Below, piece by piece: positions 38,323-55,233 of a stretch of DNA of 64,000 nt (the stretch's first letter is position 1; each line of letters begins with the position of its first letter). A program made the position numbers and the translations under genes. Origin of the DNA: Anthoceros angustus (taxonomy: Eukaryota; Plantae; Anthocerotophyta); assembly GCA_010909165.1 (NCBI GenBank), contig MU008157.1, forward strand, positions 248,001 to 312,000, given 5' to 3'. The notes beneath the pieces are model-generated. The model worked only from the letters and a program-made list of their open reading frames with translations, was not told the DNA's origin and searched no databases.

Positions 38323-41300
38323 ACCTCCCACTTAAAGGCCAATTTACCTGTGAGGAGAATGGACTATCTCATGCCCATCGTTGTCCGAGCTTGTGCAAAT
38401 TGTCTAGAGAGTCCCTTGGTAAGAATATCTCAGGTTCGCCGGTGTGAACCTTGACAAGTTGTACCCTCTTGTCATCCAACACCTCTCGAATGAAGTGATA
38501 CTTCACATCCACATGTTTAGTCTTCGCATGAAACATCGGATTCTTTGCCAATTGATAGCACTGCTATCACAATGCAACACCGCGCTCAACCTTGATCCCC
38601 AAGTCTCCCACTAAACGAGCAAGCCATATGGCTTCCTTGCAAGCCTCGCTGTCGCAACATACTCGGCCTCGGGTAGATAGCGAATGCACGATCGCAAACG
38701 AGATCGCCATGAGATCGCCTCCAAAGGCACGTGAAGACATAACCGATGTGGACCTCCTTTGTCCATATCCTCGATAATCGCATCTGTGTACCCAACCACA
38801 CATGCATCTTCACTACCAAAACATATGCACAAAGCTTTTGTACCATTCAGACCTCATAACTCCTTTTATCGCCTCCCAATGCTTCTTGCCGTGGTTTGAC
38901 ATAAACTCGCTAACCACTCCCACCGCAAAGGCAATGTCGACGTAGCAATCATTGCATACATCAAACTCCCTACTGATGAGTATGGGACCTTCTCCATTTC
39001 AGCTTTTGTCCTCCTCGTAGCTTGGGCAATCCGCTTGAAAGTTTCACATATGGAGGCAATGGAGTACCCAATGGCTTCCTTCCATGTTGAAACGTTGAAG
39101 CACCTAATGTATTCCGTCTCGAGACAAATAAAGCGACGCTTATGTGCTCCGACGAATACGCATGCCAAGTATATGGCTCGCCTCCCAAGTCTCTATTTCA
39201 AAGTGAGCATTCAACTTTGACTTCAACAAAATCTCATCAAGATCGCTCAAAGAATTAGCATATCATCCACATAGAGGATCAAAATGAGCAAGCTTTGATC
39301 CTTAGCTTGCTTCATAGAGGCAATGATCCTCATCGCCACGCTTGTAGCCTTGAGAAAGCATAAATGAGTGGAACTTGTGATACCACTGGTGCCTGCTTCA
39401 AACCATAAAGGCTCTTCCTCAACCTCGCACACCGATGCTCTTTGCCCTTCTCAACAAAACCTTCGTTGCCGCATGTAGACTTCCTCTTGAAGGTCACCAT
39501 GCAAGAATGCCGCTTGACATCCATCCGCATAAGTTCCATATCATTCGGCAACCAAAGCAAGAACACATCGCAGTTGTCATTTTGACTATCGGTGAGAAAA
39601 TCTCATCAAAGTCAATGCCCGTTGTTGCTTGAAACCCTTAGCAACCAATCGTGCCTTGTACTTTGGTTTGCCATCAAGGGTATGACCTTCATCTTGTACA
39701 CCCATTTGCACGAGTGCCTTCTTATCCTAGGCAACCAACCAACTCCCAAGTTTGGTTCTTATGCAATTCATTTCGATCGCATTCTCCCACTTCTTTGTTA
39801 CTCATTGACATGGCCTCTTTGTAAGAAGAGGGTTCCCCACAACTGTCAGATAACATAATAGAGATGGATCATACCGAGGTCGTGTAATCCCGCCCCGACA
39901 CGAAGCACCTCTATAGGTGCTTGTTCGACTCTTGGTTCATCTATCGGTGGAGGAATGTGCTCGCACATTACCACTTATCAACCCGCCCATGATGATCATG
40001 TCCATCTTCTTGAAGATCACCCTTCGCACCTCCACTTGGAGTAGGCTTCCTGCATCTTGTTCTCATTGAAGAACACGTTAGTACGAACAACCTTTCTAGC
40101 CTGGATCCCACAAACGGTATCCCATCTCACTAATCACCATAGCCAAGAAAAATACATTTCTTGGACTTAGGTGCCAACTTGTCCCAAACTCTTTTGGAAC
40201 ATGGCAAGATGCCTCATGTACCAAAACACTCGCAGATGCTTGTAGGATGGTTTCTTTCCGCACTATAGCTCGAACCCGCCGCTCATCAAATTTCTTATTA
40301 GGAGATCTGTTAATAAGATGAACTGCAGAGACACCGCTCGCCCAAAACCCATTAGGCAATCCGAGTTTGACAACAAACTACGCATCCTCTCCGAATGGTT
40401 CTGCTTCATCCGCCGCCACACCATTTTGTGGAGGAGTATACGCGCATAATTTCTTTGATTCCTTGGAATCAGTAATGACCGAAAGCTGAAACATACTCGG
40501 CCTGTGGTAGATAGCGAATGCACGATCGCAAACGAGATCGCCATGAGACCCCTCCAAAGGCACATGAAGACATAACTGATGTGGACCTCCTTTGTCCATA
40601 TCCTCGTGATAATCATCCGTACCCAACCACATGCATCTTCACTACCAAAACATATGCACAAAGCTTTTGTACCATTCGATACCTCATAACTCCTTTTATC
40701 GCCTCCCAATGCTTCTTGCCGTGGTTTGACATAAACCTCGCTAACCACTCCCACCGCAAAGGCAATGTGACGTGTAGCAATCATTGCACACATCAAACTC
40801 CCTCCTGATGAGTATGGGACCTTCTCCATTTCAGCTTTTGTCCTCCTCGAGCTTGGGCAATCCGCTTGAAAGTTTCACATATGGAGGCAATGGAGTACCC
40901 AATGGCTTCCCTTCTCCATGTTGAAACGTTGAAGCACCTCAATGTATTCCGTCTCGAGACAAATAAAGCAATGTCTGCTCGAATACGCATGCCAAGTATA
41001 TGGCTCGCCTCCCAAGTCTGCTATTTCAAAGTGAGCATTCAACTTTGACTTCAACGAAATCTCATCAAGATCGCTCCCAAAGAATTAGCATATCATCCAC
41101 ATAGAGGATCAAAATGAGCAAGCTTTGATCCTTAGCTTGCTTCAGATAGAGGCAATGATCCTCATCGCCACGCTTGTAGCCTTGAGAAAGCATAAATGAG
41201 TGGAACTTGTGATACCACTGGTGCCTGCTTCAAACCATAAAGGCTCTTCCTCAACCCCGCACACCGATGCTCTTTGCCCTTCTCAACAAAACCTTCCGTT

Positions 41301-44300
41301 GCGCATGTAGACCCCTCTTGAAGGTCACCATGCAAGAATGCCGCCTTGACATCCATCCGCATAAGTTCCATATCATTCCGGCAACCAAAGCAAGAACACA
41401 TCGCAGTTGTCATTTTGACTATCGGTGAGAAAATCTCATCAAAGTCAATGCCGGTTGTTGCTTGAAACCCTTAGCAACCAATCGTGCCTTGTACTTTGGT
41501 TTGCCATCAAGGGTATGACCTTCATCTTGTACACCCATTTGCACTAGTGCCTTCTTATCCTAGGCAACCAACCAACTCCCAAGTTTGGTTCTTATGCATA
41601 ATTCATCGATCGCATGGCCTTCTCCCACTTTTGTTACTCATTGACATGGCCTCTTTGTAAGAAGAGGGTTCCCCACAATCAAAGATAACATAATCCAGAG
41701 ATGGATCATACCCGCCGAGGTCGTGTAATCCCGCCTCGACCTACACATGTGCACCTCTATAGGTGCTTGTTCGACTCTTGGTTCATCTATCGGTGGAGGA
41801 ATGTGCTCTGACATTACCACGTATCAACCCCGCCCATGATGATCATGTCCATCTTCTTGAAGATCACCCTTCGCACCTCCACAGCTTGGAGTAGGCTTCC
41901 TGTGCATCTTGTTCTCATTGAAGAACACGCCGTTAGTACGAACAACCTTTCTAGCCTGGATCCCACAAACGGTATCCCATCTCACCGAATCACCATAGCC
42001 AAGAAAAATACATTTCTTGGACTTAGGTGCCAACTTGTCCCAAACTCTTTTGGAACATGGCAAGATGCCTCATGTACCAAACACTCGCAGATGCTTGTAG
42101 GATGGTTTCTTTCCGCACTATAGCTCGAACCCGCCGCTCATCAAAGTCAATGCCGGTTGTTGCTTGAAACCCTTAGCAACCAATCGTGCCTTGTACTTTG
42201 GTTTGCCATCAAGGGTATGACCTTCATCTTGTACACCCATTTGCACTAGTGCCTTCTTATCCTAGGCAACCAACCAACTCCCAAGTTTGGTTCTTATGCA
42301 TAATTCATCGATCGCATGGCCTTCTCCCACTTTTGTTACTCATTGACATGGCCTCTTTGTAAGAAGAGGGTTCCCCACAATCAAAGATAACATAATCCAG
42401 AGATGGATCATACCCGCCGAGGTCGTGTAATCCCGCCTCGACCTACACATGTGCACCTCTATAGGTGCTTGTTCGACTCTTGGTTCATCTATCGGTGGAG
42501 GAATGTGCTCTGACATTACCACGTATCAACCCCGCCCATGATGATCATGTCCATCTTCTTGAAGATCACCCTTCGCACCTCCACAGCTTGGAGTAGGCTT
42601 CCTGTGCATCTTGTTCTCATTGAAGAACACGCCGTTAGTACGAACAACCTTTCTAGCCTGGATCCCACAAACGGTATCCCATCTCACCGAATCACCATAG
42701 CCAAGAAAAATACATTTCTTGGACTTAGGTGCCAACTTGTCCCGAAACTCTTTTGGAACATGGCAAGATGCCTCATGTACCAAACACTCGCAGATGCTTG
42801 TAGGATGGTTTCTTTCCACCATAGCTCCTCGAACTCGCCATCAATGCTTATTAGGAGATCTGTTAATAAGATGAACTGCAGAGACACCGCTCGCCCAAAA
42901 CCCATTAGGCAATCCGAGTTTGACAACAAACTACGCATCCTCTCCGAATGGTTCTGCTTCATCCGCCGCCACACCATTTTGTGGAGGAGTATACGCGCAT
43001 AATTTCTTTGATTCCTTGGAATCAGTAATGACCGAAAGCTGAAACATACTCCACCATTATCTGCCTTAGACACTTCAATCGGTGGCCGATCGATTCTCTA
43101 CAAGGGTGACAAATTTCAAACACCGCCGTAACTTCATCCTTTTTCCTCAAAGGATAAACCCACACCTTGCGTGAGAAATCATCTATGAAAGTGACAAAAT
43201 AGGAGGCACCCTAATGATGCAGAGGCATAGGTCCACATACATCATCGCGTGAACCAACTCAAGAGGTTTACCCTACTTTACCTCGTGTTCGATGTGATGA
43301 TTTTGTCTGCTTCCCATATAAACAAAGGCTCACACATCGAGAGATCGAGAAGTTAAGAACAGTGGATATAACCGTAACGAGATAAAACCTTCATTCCCTT
43401 CTCGAGACATATGTCCTAACCGCAATGCCACAAGGAAACATTTCGCTCACACACGATCACATGATCTTTGATGGTTTACTCAAGTGAGTACAAAGTGCCA
43501 CACTCGATCCACGAGCTAACACAAGAGAACCTTTGGAGATCTTCCAAGAGTGATCCCCAAACCAACAGTGGTAACCAGCATCATCCAACTGTCCTGCGCT
43601 AATCATGCTCTTTGTCAACTTCGGAAGATGCCTAACGTCCTTCAGCATGAATGAAGATCCGTTGTCAAACTTGAGTCAAGACATCACCAACACCGCGATC
43701 CGCATGCGTAGTTATTTCCTCAAAATGGTATTGAAATCATTCCGATCGGACATCCTCGTTCCTTCATCTTCAAGTCCACCACCGCTTCAACATAAACCCG
43801 AGAAGTCGCTTTGCTTCTCAACAGTCACAGCTTCGCACCCGTAACTCGTGGTCTTATCTTTCACATTAAAGTCTGCTTTTGACAATGTGATGATAGTAGA
43901 TCTAGCAAGCTCATCCGCCACTCATCTCGCATACTATCCGGTTTGACGCCTAACCCTTTTATGCCTCCGCTTTTTTCCGCACTAGAACATTATAATTTGT
44001 TCTTTCCAGAACGTTAGTACCATCTAACTTCTCGATATTGAACATGCTTTTCGATGAAGACATCATGACTCAAAATCGACGATAAAACACCTCTACTTGT
44101 GTGGTGTTGAAGGCAACACCGAAGGCGACGTTTTTTCCGTTCTATCCATCTTTCACCGAATTTCAAACCTTCTTCACACCTGCTGGTGACCTGCAGAACT
44201 TAGGTACCGCTGCTCCCTGGCTTACCGTGCACTTACACATCACCACGTGCATCACGGCTGCCCCGCAACGCTCAAGGCCTAAAGACGCCACAATTACCAC

Positions 44301-44689
44301 AACTCGCTCAGACTACGGCCTGGCTCTGGCCAAGCACTGAAGCGTGTACTTCAGGCCGAGAAGGCTACAACCATGCCGGGTGGCTCTTATTTCTGCGCTG
44401 CTGCGCACTTCGACCCCAATTATTTCGAGGGCCACATTGCGGCCGCGCCACGCCGCGGCTCGCGCGCGGCCCGCGGCTCGCGGCGCTCACGGCCAACCGG
44501 CGGCTGCGCCAACTCGCGGCCAGCGCTACGGTCGCTCATTGCGGCGCTACAACGCGGCCAGCTCTGTTCGCGCGTTTCCGCCAGGCCTGCGGGTTTTCCG
44601 CCGCCACCGCACAATCGATCACCGCACCTCACGAGCCGCGCCCCGCCGCTATTCTAGCATCACAACACAACCAAACCTCGCCCGATAGT

Positions 44690-44932
44690 TGAAGGATCGT
44701 GAAAGACATGATGGTGGAAAGAGGAGAGGAGAGGAGAGGGGCCTCTCTCATTGAGATGAGGCTTGGAGGGTATTTATACCTCATCAGGCTCCTGGAAGCT
44801 CCACAAGAAGCCCCTAGGAAGGAGCACAAGAAGCTTCCTAGTGATTAGCTTAAGCTAAACTAATGATACTTAATCGACACCTAACTTAGACTAAGTGTAT
44901 TAGTCTAAGTACATTGGGCTTTAATACTTACA
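44690..44932 (-). repeat. Copia 5' LTR
   Basis: TGAAGG...CTTACA; direct repeat of 38077-38322. Confidence 0.9.
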
Positions 44933-45933
44933 ATCCCGCCTTCCTCCCTGGTGCCCCCACTGGAGTGGCCAGGAAGAGGGGCCATTAAGACGGAGTTGGC
45001 GGTTCACTCGGCGTCAGCCAAGAACAACGATACGGTGAGCCCCAACCACTCGGCCGGGAGCAAGAGGCGGAAGACGGCGCGCCAACGCAAAGCACACCGC
45101 AGATGGCGGCCGCGTGCCTCGCTCGCCAACGGGAGCAAGAAGCGGAGGAGGCATTACGGCCGAGGCGGAAAGGGACGCCGCTAAGGAGCGGGAGGCCATA
45201 AGTGCCAGCACCCGTGGCCTGCCCCGACCGGGAGAGGCAAAGGGCTGGCCCCGAACCCTTCACCACCTCCGAGCCCCAGTGAGGAGAAGGCGAGAAGAGT
45301 TAGCGCCAAGAGGGGCCAAGGAGGAGAGGCTCGGGACACAGCACCTGTGACCCGAGGGTCCCGACAGGTCCGAGAACCCTCCGACTCGCTCCGCATCAAG
45401 GGCGGTCCTTGGCGGCCGGGAGATGCCCGCACCCACGACGGACTTCTTGGGTGCCTCACCGCGCGCCATGGAAGAAACACGGCGGGAGCTTTGGCTACTG
45501 GTGGGTATGCGGGGTCTCGGGACGGCAGAGGAAGACCTGTGAGGTGGAGGCAACAAGGAGGCATGGTGCTCCTCCGAGCAGTATGGAGGCGCCTGGGAGG
45601 CGAAGAAGAAGGCGGAATCCCTCGCTTGAATTGAGGAGGGAAAGCGCCGGGAGGCAGAACGGGAGGTCTGATCCATTCGGCAGGACCAGACCAAGGTCCT
45701 TCAGGTGTGTGAACAGCTGAAGCACGCATAGGAGGCCCAAGCACGGGCTGAAGACCTCTGCAAACGAAGGGAGGAGGCGCAGAAGGAGGCGGAGGAAGGT
45801 CGTAGGCAGGCGGAGAACGCCCGCGACCTGGCCGAGGCGGCTCGGCTAGACCAACACCAAGCTAGCGAGGCTCAGGTGAAGGCGGCACGGGAGGCGGAAG
45901 CCACGGCTAAGGTCGATCGGGATCACTACCGAC

Positions 45934-46764
45934 GTGATCGGAACCGGTGGAGGGAGACTGGGGCAGCACGCCAACCTCGAAGGCGTAGTGTGGCGGAAGC
46001 ACGGCGCCGTGAAGGAGAAATGGAGGCCAGCACCGGAAAATAGGGGACCTCACAGCCGCAGAGCAGGAGCCAGAGCGGAAGGCGCAGGACACCCCGAGCA
46101 ACCCAAGACGCTGGAGCAACAAGGGATTCTCAACGGGAGAATCCAAGACTTCGAGCAGGAGATAGAGCGTCTGCAGCTTCGCTTGAAGACAGAGGAGAAT
46201 AGGCGGCGATCCAAGGAGTTGGACGTCGCCAGGTTGAAGAAGGAGCTGGAGGAAGCCCGGAGCCGGGCGGAGATACCGGCCCGCTTGGAGAAGGAAGTGG
46301 CAGACCTCCGGGTAAGGATGGACGGAGGGGCAAGGGCTCTGGAGGAGGAGCAGAGGCTGCTTGTCCGATTGCGGAAGGCAGAGGGGGAGCGAAGCTCCAT
46401 GGCCAGCAAACTGGTGGAGCTACAACGACGAAGGGAGGAGGAGCACGTCGAGCAGCAGCAAAGGCTGCAGGAGGTGTCGGAGGCCGCCTTGGCGGCATCA
46501 AGGGAGTCTCGCCGCCCGCTTGGCGAGCTCGGCGGCGAGACGATCCAAGCCGGGACAACACGCCCAACCGCCGGAGCACCTGAGGAGGGAGTACCGAGTG
46601 CCCGGCCCATGAGGAGGAGGCACCAACAAGTCGATTCGCACTTTGCCTACCACGCTGAGCTTCTCAAGGCACGGAGGTGTGCGCCACCCCGAAGTGGACG
46701 GACTTCGACGGGTCAAGGAGGAGCGAGGAGGAAGGCCCCGAGACAAGACGCCACGGGACCTTAG
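45934..46764 (+). pseudogene. Long coiled-coil ORF segment within LTR copy B (retroelement accessory protein)
   Basis: 276-aa ORF with an E/R/K/L-rich heptad pattern (RIQDFEQEIERLQLRLKTEENRRRSKELDVARLKKELEEAR); upstream frames have similar composition. Confidence 0.55.
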
Positions 46765-48221
46765 GAGCACTGCTTGACGACGATGAAAGAGCGGCGGGGA
46801 GCAGCTGGAGGAGCAGACGGGGGAAGGCCGCACACCGAGGTAAGCACTCGCACCTCACCACGGAAGGAGGGGAGGAGGGCCCCGGGGAGGCCGAAGGGCG
46901 ACCGGAACCACCCACGGAGGGCTCAGAACCATTGAGAAGTCCACGAGGGAAGCCCAGCTCATGAGTCCGGACTTTATCCTGACTCAAGAAAGCGCCGGAC
47001 TCGAGGTCCGCCCTGAAGAAAGTCCGACTCGAGGTCCAGACTCAGTGACGAGACGGACCCAGGTCCGGGCGCCAGAGGGAAGACCGGGCCCAGAAGACCG
47101 GACCCCAGAGGCGAGTCCGGACCCTGAGGTCCGGACTCCAAAAAGAAGACCGGACTCGAGGTACCTGACCGGAGAGAAGACCGAACCTAGAGGTCCGGAC
47201 TCGAGACCGGACCCCGAGGTCCATTTAGGGAGCGGAAGGAGCCACCAATCACCAGCCATGTAACCATCTCTTGAGGGCCCTGCAAGGGCGCCAGATAAGA
47301 GAGGATGGGAGGAGGATTTAGTGGTGATTGCCGCCGCCGCCGAGCACAGCGGCTGCAGAGTCTCGGGAGAGGTAGGGCCTCACTGGATCATCCGATTGGG
47401 GCGCCTGCAGCTTGTCGTATAGGGCTTGGGCCACCAAGGGGAATCCGGGCAATCCACCCCCACCGCCAAGGCATAGATAGGCGGAATAAGGGAGATAGTA
47501 GGCCGCGAAGGGCCCACCGGGCTGGCCACCACCGCATAGGTGTAATAAAGACGCCGATCTTGGGCGTAGTATAAGAGGGCTGAGGCTGCTCTAAGTAAAG
47601 TATCTTTCTTGGTGTTGATGCCGCGTTCAGTGCCCTTGTGCGCCTTCAGCGTGAGTCATCGAAAGCACGAGCCCGGAGAGACTGATCCAAGGTCCCGTGA
47701 CGGACCCAACGTGGTGGTGTGTGTGTGGAAGAGCGATCGAGGACCCTTGCTCGTCCCAACGGCGCCTGGCCGGAGACTGAACGTGGTGGAGCGGAGGAAC
47801 TCCGGGAGGGCGTGTAGAGCCCGGACGGAGAGGCCCGGTGAACGACGGAGGAGGTCCGGACCACGCAGCCCATTTTTTCCAAAGAATGTTGAGTGTCGCG
47901 AGAGATGTGGAGATTTTGGTGAGTGATTTTAGATGAGTGTAACGAGAGTGGTAAGAAGGACGGACTAGAAGTATGAGGGACGGACTGGAATGATACGGAC
48001 GCGAACGAGTCCTTAAACGTTTGGCCTCACCGAGCCTGTTCGGTGGACATCACGAGTAGATAGTAGCGGAAACGATAAACGTATGTGTTTGAGTCCGAAA
48101 CGGTCAGAAACGATTGAAACGCGACAAACGGAGCCCATCATTCTCTTGGGAGCGAACCCCTTACTACAACGACACGGGATCGTGTGCGCCCGGCTGGCCG
48201 TCAGCGAAAAGTCGCGCCACA

Positions 48222-50160
48222 CTCTCCTTTATGGGTCTCCTTCCAACCTCTATTATAAGCATGGGCCTTTGGTGAAAGGGGTTTCTGTGCTGAACTTGGC
48301 GACGGGCACTAGGCAAGGTGATCCTCTGAGGGGTGCTCTCTTAGCCATGGCGCATTTCAGGGCTTTATCTTCAACTACCTCTTTGGTGTGGGAATGTTTG
48401 TATACGTTTGTGGTCGACGATATCCATATCCTCGGGCCTGGAGACAAGGTTAATGTGGCATTTGATTTCTTCGCTTCCAAGCTCTCCCGCATCGCTACGA
48501 AGGTCAAAATCATTAAGTGCAAGGTTTGGTCTCCCTCTGGCGTTGTGCCTTTTCTTCGGTACTCGGAGGGGGATATTGCTTCTCCACCGGGGCTTCGGGT
48601 TCTTGATGTCCCAGTTGGGCCTCCTACCTTCATCCAGGATTATGTGGACCCGGCTTTGGCTGAGGATTTAGCGCACATCGATAACCTTTCTCAAATGGGA
48701 GACCCACAAGTTGTGTTTGGGATCCTTTTCTATTGTTTTGCGCGCCGGCCTGGGTACCTTCTCCGAACGGTTGCCACCTCCTCAGTTTTCTTGTCTAGCC
48801 TTAGGGATTTTGACAAGCGGCTTATGCAAGTTTTAGGCGACATAATCGGCCCACGCACCTTCGAGTATGTGGCCGGGGATTTTGCAAAGCGGCAGGCGTT
48901 CCTTCCCATTGCTTTTGGGGGTACCGGTTTGCTGGCCATGGAGGCCTTTGTGCCAACGGCATTCTTAGGGAGCTGGGCTCTCTCTGCCCCCATTTTATCC
49001 TCCCGTTTCTTAATTCGGCATTCACACATCTTGGAGGCTTTCGTCATGGGCGTTGAGGAGGGGGCTTTTCCCCTACAAGACTCGCTAAGATTAGCCAGGG
49101 ACTCTTCATCCTCTGAGGCGAGGGCTGCCATGCCATCTTTTTCCTCGCTTCCCAAGGTTGGGCTCCGGGGGTTTCAGGAGTCCCTCCTGGAGAAACATTA
49201 CAGGTAGGAGCAGTTGGCCCTCCTTCGGGATTCTTCCATTCCTAGGCTCACTCGGGCTCGTCTCCGCTCTTGCTCGAGGAAGGGAGTAGGTTCTTGGCTT
49301 TTGGCTCGACCCAGTATTTAGGCATTCCACATCGCACCGGCAACATTTTCCACCGCGATGCGTTTTCACCTGGGCTTGGTCCATCTTGTGGCTTGCTCTC
49401 TTGCAACTTGCAGTTGTACGGCCCCTCTTGATGACTCCGGGATGCGCTTGGCTCGCTGTCCCACGGGTAGGCAGTGTATCGCTATGCCTGACGCCAACCA
49501 CTACAACATGTTCTTTATTGCTAGGGAAGGCGGGTTCCTTCCATTTAAGGAGCGCCCTTGCACCCTGCTCAACGGGGTTTCGTTGAGGGCTGATCTATTT
49601 TTGACCCCATAGGATTAGGTTTCTGTTACAGATGTGGCTGTAATAGACCCCACCCGGGACAGTGTCTACGAACATGTTATCCTTAACCCTCCAAGTTGGG
49701 CGGCGGAGGGATCCGCAATGGCTAAGGTCCACAAGTACTCTCCTATGCAGGATGGCCACGCCTTCGTCCCCATTGCCATCGAGACTCACGGAGCCCTGGG
49801 CAAGGATTTCTCTAGGTTTGACAAGGCTTGCGCTAATGCCTATCACAGCCGCAAGAATGGGGTTGGCCTCCCTCTTTCTTGTATTGTTGCTTTCCTCCGG
49901 CAAAGGGTCTCTATCGCTCTGTAGAGAGCGTTGGCCAACGCAGTGTACAAAACGACAACAAGTGCGGGAGATGCGACTTCTTCAATACCGTGGTAAGTAG
50001 GCTTTTTCACATCCCTAACTATGAAGTTCTTAGGGTGGTTGGTAGTTTTGAGATGCGTGATCATGGGGGCTAGTCCCCTTGGCATGATGCCCTTCGTTGG
50101 GTTTTACCCCCTTTGTTTTTGGGGTGGATGGATTATTCCCATCTCTTTTTTATAATAAAA
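48222..50160 (+). mobile_element. 5'-truncated CRE-like non-LTR retrotransposon (RT, Zn knuckle, restriction-like endonuclease) with in-frame TAG stops
   Basis: RT GTRQGDPL..VVDDIHI..KCKVW..LPIAFGGTGL; CSC..LDD.G..L.RC; RADL..DVAVIDP..AKVHKY..FVPIAIETHGALG..QRVSIAL; A-rich end near 50160. Confidence 0.85.
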
Positions 50161-50646
50161 TCTCCTATTCTCAATTCTTTGGATGTGCTTCATGCTTATC
50201 TATCCTTACACTAGAAAGGAGAGGGCACTTAAACTTCACTTTTTGAAAGCCTTGGGCTGTCGCTAGGTTTGCAAAGATCAATCATTAGGAGGTGAATAAC
50301 GAAATTCAATTCCCAACCCAAACAGATCATTCACTCAAATTTACCCTGCGTGCCCTGATTATCTTATCGATAACTTACATTTACGATGTTGCGTTCTGGA
50401 GTTTCTAGGGCTCCGTTGTGTGCGACGTTAGGCTCGTTCTTGACCACCCGGAACAAACCGGACATACGGCCGTGACCAGGCAAATATGTATGAATCGACC
50501 CTCAGAATCTTCACCTCACACACAATTGCTTGCTTCCCCCGTGAAGTAATAGCTGCAGGTAGAATCGAAATCTAATTGCCCTCAATTGGCAGTAGATAGT
50601 GGTCGGTAGTGCGCCCGTTGACAGGAATTTGGATGTGCTCAGACTC

Positions 50647-53837
<3,191 letters not shown>

Positions 53838-54566
53838 CGCGACAGGGCTGCCCTTCCCCTTTCCCTCCGCTTTCCACAGCTTCACGATCGGACGCCGGCG
53901 CTGGCCCCTGCACTCCCCGCCTACCCCGATCCGTGCTCCATGGCTTGTGCTGGGTCATGCAATTTGGGTCTCATGGGCGGTTCCCGAGCTGGACGAGGTC
54001 AGCAGATTGTCAAACGCCCGCTGTGTTGCTTCCGACAGATTGGAAACCTTCAGGAAGATTCGGAAACGGACGGATGACGCGCAGGCAGGACCCCGAGACT
54101 TCACCCTCAAACGCATAAATGGCGAGTCTTTGCGGTGGCCATGGGCGTCGCAGTCATGGCCTGAGGCCACTGATATTTCACGCTCCATTCCCAACAGCAC
54201 GTCCTAGTCCCCATGTCCGGCCTTCCATGCCGTACACCATATCGGACTTCATTATGACCCCATTACCACAATTCCTATGTAGATATAGTCAGTCCTCTAT
54301 ACTCACAATTAGGTACATTCTTTAAACGTATTTCCCACATTTCAAACCTGAAGGTGATTGGAATGGAACGCTGAGATGGCTTTACTTTGGGTTCCAACCT
54401 AAGACCTTCATGAAAGAATAATCCACGGAAAACCTTTCTAGAGCTTCTGGTTTCGGTATACAACAAAACCCTTGTCCACATTTTTCAACTGAAAGTCTTC
54501 CGGTGCTTTCATTCGAATTAATTAGTACAATATTATGGAACAGAGACCGAGCAGAAGGAAGTACCG

Positions 54567-54645
54567 GAGTGTCCTATGTTAGACACACTTGACTCTTCTG
54601 AAAAGCTGAGTGTCCTATGTTAGACACACTTGACTCTTCTGAAAA
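54567..54645. repeat. Tandem duplication (period 41)
   Basis: GAGTGTCCTATGTTAGACACACTTGACTCTTCTGAAAA twice. Confidence 0.9.
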
Positions 54646-55184
54646 ACTGCACGGGCCCGGGATAGACCGCACTCCTCTACTCACATAGAGACGTCTTCAA
54701 ACAGCTTTCCATGTGAACTCTTTTCATCTCGAACAGCAAGAGACCTTCAATGTGCAGGACTTTGATTGACGTGCACATAACGCAGTCTACACCACAAAAC
54801 CTCAAAATCTTCTTCTTTCCACAAAACCGAGATTGTTTCTAAATGCAACATTTGTTATCTTATAGCTGCCATTGAACAGTTACTTAATTATTAGACAAAA
54901 GTTTTACCCCTAATGGACGAATCTACTCATGATTTTGAGTCTTTGGCATCAAAGAACGGCCATATCTTTGTTGTTTGATGTGGCCCTTGCAGGATGTGGT
55001 TGAAACAATGTCTTTAAAAAAGGGGTTTGTCTCCAACCCCCTTTTTGGCTTCAAGAAACATGTCAAATTTGGCCAAGTAAAGTGGATCAATTAAGAGAAC
55101 TAGACCCATGCACTTACCAACGGATACAAAAGAAAAATGTGTCAGTCAGCCGGCACACTTATACTCCAAAGAGATGCAATTCTT

Positions 55185-55233
55185 GACATAACCTACTAGC
55201 CTACATGTCTTCCCTAGGCTAGTAGGTTATGTC
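55185..55233. repeat. Perfect 19-bp inverted repeat with an 11-nt loop
   Basis: GACATAACCTACTAGCCTA / TAGGCTAGTAGGTTATGTC. Confidence 0.9.

Larger units (their letters stand above)
38077..44932 (-). mobile_element. Ty1/Copia LTR retrotransposon with short LTRs and internally duplicated pol
   Basis: LTRs 38077-38322 and 44690-44932; PPT AGTGGGAGGT; near-TSD ATCC(C); AKNPMFHAKTKHVDVKYHFIRE, LYVDDML, SLYGLKQAP, MDVKAAFLHGDL, LKDVRHLPKLTKSMISAGQL. Confidence 0.93.
9732..48221 (+). mobile_element. Long Athila-type LTR copy B (~4.8 kb when rejoined) that hosts four nested insertions; pieces 9732-10386, 20681-20969, 31942-32286, 37855-38076, 44933-48221
   Basis: TGTGG...CCACA termini; its 3' end (CATTCTCTTGGGAGCGAACCC..ACTACAACGACA..AAAA..CCACA) resembles the 3' end of the LTRs at 23562 and 31941; pieces rejoin across the inserted elements; no TSD found for the LTR itself. 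Confidence 0.55.
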
